Below are positions 57,991 through 63,590 of a DNA stretch of 63,590 nt, piece by piece. Where the stretch lies: contig NC_068990.1 of the NCBI RefSeq assembly GCF_001194135.2, forward strand, positions 6,536,739 to 6,600,328. The letters are read 5' to 3'. A program made the position numbers and the translations under genes. The notes beneath the pieces are model-generated. The model saw only the letters and a list, made by a program, of their open reading frames with translations. It did no database searches and was not told the DNA's origin. How positions within the stretch are numbered: position 1 is the first letter of the stretch; each line of letters begins with the position of its first letter. The stretch is from Octopus bimaculoides. Taxonomy: Eukaryota.

Positions 57991-59910
57991 CCCATGCTCA
58001 TTAAATGAGGAATAGTATATTGGCCAGCACATTTATGCGCAGATAAAGAGTCCTAGAAAACTCTGGCTTTGTGCATCTGCAGGAAGAAATCGTTTCGTTT
58101 CAGAATATAACTAAAAACGTAGAAAAATAATTGACATCCTTTTGAAATTGGTATAGCTGAAAGATTTAGTTTTATAGATTTGTCGCTGGCATTATTTAAG
58201 CTGAGAATATTAAAACAGTAAAATATAAAATGATTAATGACTAAAATAGTTTTCTATCGCTGCACTTAGAGTTAAGATATACAAGAACCACGTATATTAT
58301 AGAAATTTGCGTAACTTAGATTTGTTCCGTCATAATAATAAGTATAGACTACCAACTTACTCTTGCAATGAAGTGCACTATTTGAGTCGTAACTGCCTAA
58401 ATAAATGAGAACCAAGGTCGATAACCAGTAGTATGGAAAATATAAATAACCAGTTATTGAATCAGGCACAGTAAAGTTTTTATTCTTTCTTGCTTCTACT
58501 GTCCCGATTTATAATGCAGCTCAGAACACAACTGGTACATATTTTTCAGAGAATCTTTTAGAACATATACGAAATCATACTTCTGCCTGAGTGTACCAGT
58601 ACCATTTCTGCGATAGCTCTAGTATTTGTGATGTGATTATATGTTACCTGCTGGTGCTGGACAAAGCAGAGAAAGTGGTGGTGTGGCTGTCAGAATCAAT
58701 TATATAGATAACGGCCCAGGTTTTATTTAATGAGTTTAAATCCAGTTAATTATTGAAGCTTACTTGATAAATTTGAAATATTTGGACTCGAAATCTAGAA
58801 ACAAGAAACAACATACTGAAATGCATTATTTGTTCAGAAGCACCACTATCTTGACAGCCAGTACTACTTTGGTGTTGTATGGTCGTATAAGGAGAGGACA
58901 TTGATATAGTAATAACAAAAGTGGGTGTCGGTCACTGGATAATAACGAAATCTTCGATGATAGTCGATGCTTTATTAAGGATAATATTGACGATAGCATC
59001 GGAAATAAAGAGGTGGGTGGTAATTATAGTAGAGTTGAGGTCGTCAGTAATTCTGGTCTATATAGTAATGTGGAGGCACAATATTAATGGCCATTAGTGT
59101 CTGTTACTATCCATCATTGATAATACATAATGCACATTAAAAGGTGGTTTATTGCAGGTAGAATGTTTGTATCGAAAGTTGAAATGGTTTCAAATGAACC
59201 CATCAAGATTTTGATGTTTATTTCTCTTATCTCTAATTAGCATTTTCATGTAGTTTTAAAATATTGTAAGTAAAATTTAGCAAAAGAAATTTTCTCTGTA
59301 ATGTTATAGGAAAATATTCTGCTATTCTAAATGGTAGTACAACGTTCGACTGATTGAATCTATCAAGTATCACTTATCGATCAAACGTAAAAGGTTTAAT
59401 CACTGTTGCTGTATCATCCATTACTCTATATTTCTTGAAAAGATACTTACTCTCACAATCCAACTCTACATATGCATGACAGAGATCTGCATGTTAGTCA
59501 GAAAGATGATCTAAGATTTGCTTGCAACGAAGGGTAAATAGAAATAACACCAGTGCACTACTTTGATTTACTAGCTACCCAAAGACCTTCCACTCAACGC
59601 AACGTTACGCTCTCAGACAAGTAAGAATTATATTACTAGCTACAGTTACATATACTATTCATTACGTCAAGCTGTCTCCTGTAACATGCAGAACCTATTT
59701 CTTCGGAAGTGGACTGAAACATTTGTGACTTCAAACAACATCGATGTACCTCAAACAACGCCGTCAGTGTTCTGTATTCATATTTGATCTGCTAATGAGC
59801 AAATAAGAGCGCTTATACCATTTTCAATTGATACACTGTCTCAGGAGTGCTTAATGTACGCACAATAACGTCAATAATGTAGGTATCCAACTGTATATTA
59901 TTAGAAAATG

Positions 59911-60010
59911 GCACGGATGTAGCTGAATATTCAAGAAGTTCATTCCCCATTCTTATGTTTCCAGGTTCGAGCCCACCATGAGGCTCCTTGAACAAGTATT
60001 TTCTGCAATA
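59911..60010 (+). mobile_element. degraded tRNA-like SINE head
   Basis: ggcacggatgtagctg..ccaggttcgagccc (B-box)..ccttgaacaagt. Confidence 0.4.
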
Positions 60011-62439
60011 AATTGTACGAGACCAGCAGAAAGTGAGTTTAAATTTGATTGCTCCTGATCTCACACTTGTATTTCCTCCATAGCTATTTGAAGATGTGTT
60101 TACTCACCATGCTGGCGCTACAGGGTGCGTCTATTGGTCGCATCTATAGTGTAACAGATGAAATAAAGGAGTACCCAGTCAATGCCCATGTTGTTTTATT
60201 TTTCATATATATATATATATANNNNNNNNNNNNNNNNNNNNNNNNNNNNNNNNNNNNNNNNNNNNNNNNNNNNNNNNNNNNNNNNNNNNNNNNNNNNNNN
60301 NNNNNNNNNNNNNNNNNNNNNNNNNNNNNNNNNNNNNNNNNNNNNNNNNNNNNNNNNNNNNNNNNNNNNNNNNNNNNNNNNNNNNNNNNNNNNNNNNCTT
60401 ATTTTGGTATATATATATATATATATATATATATACTCACACAAATTTGTTACCAGTTCAAATATGCTTGATGCATAATCGAACGCGTAAGAAAGCCATT
60501 CACTGTATTTTGTCATGGAGAAAATTTCTCGCTGTAGATAGATAAGTGTAAGCACACCAAGCCAGTTCGCAGCACTTCGTAACCAGAAAGGTGAAATAAT
60601 GTATTTTGGAGTGGTTATCACCTCCTCAGCACCGGAGATCGGAAAGGTAGCGGCTGCGAACTGACAAGAGAAATGGTTCCCTCTTATCATATTCCCGTCA
60701 TTGTACTATGACTGGTTGCGCTAATCAGTGGCTCACCGTAAATAAAATAAAGTATAAAACCGTTAAGCAAAATTTCCATTAGCCTGGGATTTCCGTTACT
60801 CTAGACTTTGTTACTTCAGCGGATTATTGTAAATCCACTGAAGTAACAACATCCAGAATAACGAAACTCCCAAGCTAATGGAAATTTTGAAAATTGTGAC
60901 AGAGCAAAGAAAACTGCCGAAAATATTCTAGTTTGCTTATGTTCGCTACCAAATAAATTTTGTACATTTTGAAAATACTTTATTCTCGTTTTCTATTGAA
61001 TAAAAATCAAAAGGCTAGGATGGTAACAGGGGTTTGATTTACCGAGTTAAATTTGAAACCGAGAAATATAAATGACTGAGAGAATCATATGCATATGAAT
61101 TCAAAAAATTAATATTAATTCAACATGTTCGTATCACGTTTCGCCTCACTTCATAGCCTAGACACACACTCACGCACACGCACACGCGCGCACACACACA
61201 TACACATGCACGTATAGGACCTTGATGTAGAGGATTAAATTTCAGACAGAAATGTTAATGATCGACAGAATAATTAGTATATGGATTGGGAAGTTGAATA
61301 TTTGTGTGTGTGTGTGTAGAAGATTTTAATCATCTTTACGAACAAGAAGCAGGAAAAGAAGAGAGTCGGCTCGATATACAAACAGTAACATAAAGAAGTG
61401 GTTGTAGAGAAACTGTTGGATACAGATACCTATATAAATTCAGAAAAAAAAAAGACATTACCGTCTGGGAACATTTGTTGATTCTTATGAAAAGATATGA
61501 TTCTGAATAAAACAATGTAAATTTTCATTCACACTGATATTTACATTAAGCCTATTTACATTAGTTACAGACTGAAATAATCGTTTTTTGAATTAAAAGC
61601 AATCTTGGCATTTTGGGGTGTGTAGAGACGGGTTTGGTTTGCTTGTACTTATTTCTATGAATTTTCGAGTTCTATAGATATAGGTGGGAAGAGATGTGAC
61701 GAGAAACAAATCATTCCGATGGGTAGTTTAAAATCTTGCTGAGGTAATTACATATTCCCAAAACTTCTCGTTTCTGTGGGATTAAATCTTGATAGCTATC
61801 TTATGCCACACTGAATTTTATTTTTGAATTCGATAAGACACTATTTATGGCAGAGTGTTGAGAAAACAATTAGTTTTAATACGTAGAACTGATGCCAGGA
61901 TGTCTGCAAAGTGAATCAATACATTTATGAATTTCGTTTCATTGGTGAAGTCTGGATAAATATTAATACTTCTTAAATACTGGAGAGAAAATAGCATGAA
62001 GTTCCAGGGAGGAACGATAATACATTATCATAGTAACAGCATCAGATATGTTAGCATCATAAAAAAGTTTAAATTAGGAATAATCTTAGTGTATTCTCAT
62101 TAAACCTAGTAAGAAATCAATTATAGACAACGTAATATAAACTCATAGTTTCTTTTATTTAACATGCAAAGTCAATAATTCTTTAAATAACACATTAAGC
62201 ACTATACTAGGAGTGTTAAGATTTTTATACCATATAAAACAGCACAAAAATCTGAAACGTTAGCAAACTGAAATTCTGATAACATTAATGTATATTTTTC
62301 GATGAAAAGAATACAGATACAGGTTGAGTGTTGACTGATGACTATCAAAGAATAATTGATAGGAATGAGTGTGGAATTTGAACCAGGAACCAATGAAAGT
62401 TAGAATTTTGGAACCCCGAAGAAAAAACAACATAAAAAC

Positions 62440-62742
62440 CAAGAAGCGTATCAAGGTAGCTAATAGAGTTGTAAACACGCCAACAGCGGTTGTCAAGCGG
62501 CGGTGGGGGTAAAACACGAAGACAAAGACACACACGTACACGCCCACACACACATGCACACACACTCACACACACACGCACATATACGACAAGCTTCTTG
62601 CAGTTTCCGTTTCACAAATCCACTCACAAAGTCTGGTCAACCCGAGATTATACTAGAAGACACTTGCCTAAGGTACCAAGCAGTGGGATTGAATCCGGAA
62701 CCATGAGGTCGGGAAGCAAACTTCTTACCACACAGTCACGCC
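62440..62742 (-). mobile_element. SINE family 1, diverged
   Basis: cagtttccgtttcacaaatccactcacaaag..agaagacacttgcc..cttaccacacagtcacgcc. Confidence 0.8.
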
Positions 62743-62939
62743 GATTTCTCTCCCTCCCCTCGCCTCTCCCCTCGCCTCTCCTCTCCCCACCCCTCTCTCT
62801 CTATATATATATACACACATACACGCACATATATACATACATGCATAGACACGTACACACATACAAATGGACGCGTCGCGTTCGATAATATAATAATACA
62901 AATGATATAAGAGCATATGCATGTATACATACATATATG

Positions 62940-63290
62940 TACATATCTACATCTACATGTATATATAGATACATATCTGGGTACAGGACGTCAGAAAAAT
63001 GAATGGGAACATAAAGCAAAAAAAACGGACTTTGTTTACAGACAACAGAACGAACACATAGGAAAACAGAAAGACCACTTATGGAATTATTCCTTCATCA
63101 GTTGCCCCTATTCTAAACTAGGCGTTTCGAAGATGAGGCAGCACGCGCTCTTAGAATAGCTCTTCCTGAGTAGTGGATTAACCCACTAAACAGAGGATTC
63201 CAAGGTAGCAAGCACAAACCAAGACAGGAAAAATTAGACAGTGAAAAGAACATTAAAAGGCCGTAGGGCCAAACGTGATGAGATATTAAA
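62940..63290 (+). repeat. dispersed repeat homologous to 40020-40200, possibly a Penelope-associated terminus
   Basis: shared gggtacaggacgtca motif; class is inference only. Confidence 0.4.
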
Positions 63291-63590
63291 CGCTGTGATA
63301 TGACGAAGCTGAACGGAGAGATAGTAGTTTCGTCTTGCCTATATGTGTATATACAGAAGTTTGTAAATTACTTCAACAATTTGAAAAATTCTGAAAAAAA
63401 AAAAAATGAAAAATAAGGTTAGCTTAGCAGAGTTTAATGGAATACATATGCATGCTAAATATAGAGTTATTAGAAACATCAGGACACTTCCACGTGATTT
63501 CCATTGGTTGCACGCAACACATCAATGAATCTCAACTTTAATAGAGACAATAAATGGAAATTGTAACTCTAATTTATGAATACACCATAT

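Noticed and set aside
3392-60690. Long ORF-track entries containing X runs (e.g. 11703-13133, 35578-36309, 39344-40201, 60196-60690)
   Set aside because: They are open only because of N gaps (3473-3828, 11806-12736, 32366-32465, 34544-34859, 35807-36290, 39650-40012, 60222-60397) and dinucleotide repeats. The DNAJC2 frame is complete across the gaps in its introns.

Overview
Eukaryotic, AT-rich, microsatellite- and retroelement-dense scaffold segment with 11 N-gaps. The repeat repertoire suggests an octopus/coleoid cephalopod genome (inference). 2838-29298 (+) holds 17 coding exons of DNAJC2 (MPP11/ZRF1, zuotin ortholog): J-domain with intact HPD, zuotin-homology region, charged linker and two SANT/Myb domains. 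The exons join in frame with canonical GT-AG introns (1808 nt); only the short ATG exon is not securely found. The rest is intergenic or intronic repeat DNA: three tRNA-headed SINE families, many short (GAT)n-tailed RTE LINE 3' ends, and fragments of RTE, R4/Dong-like, Penelope-like and Chapaev3-like elements. The most unusual stretch is 31.7-36.7 kb. It has three minimal type-I hammerhead-ribozyme-like motifs, each deviating from the consensus core or stem II in a different way, interleaved with two LTR-like copies carrying a conserved E-box/E2F/CCAAT/E-box/TATA cassette. An unexplained CpG-rich ORF with a TATA box lies at 55.5-56.2 kb. All alignments were done by eye; repeat boundaries are approximate and family names need database confirmation.
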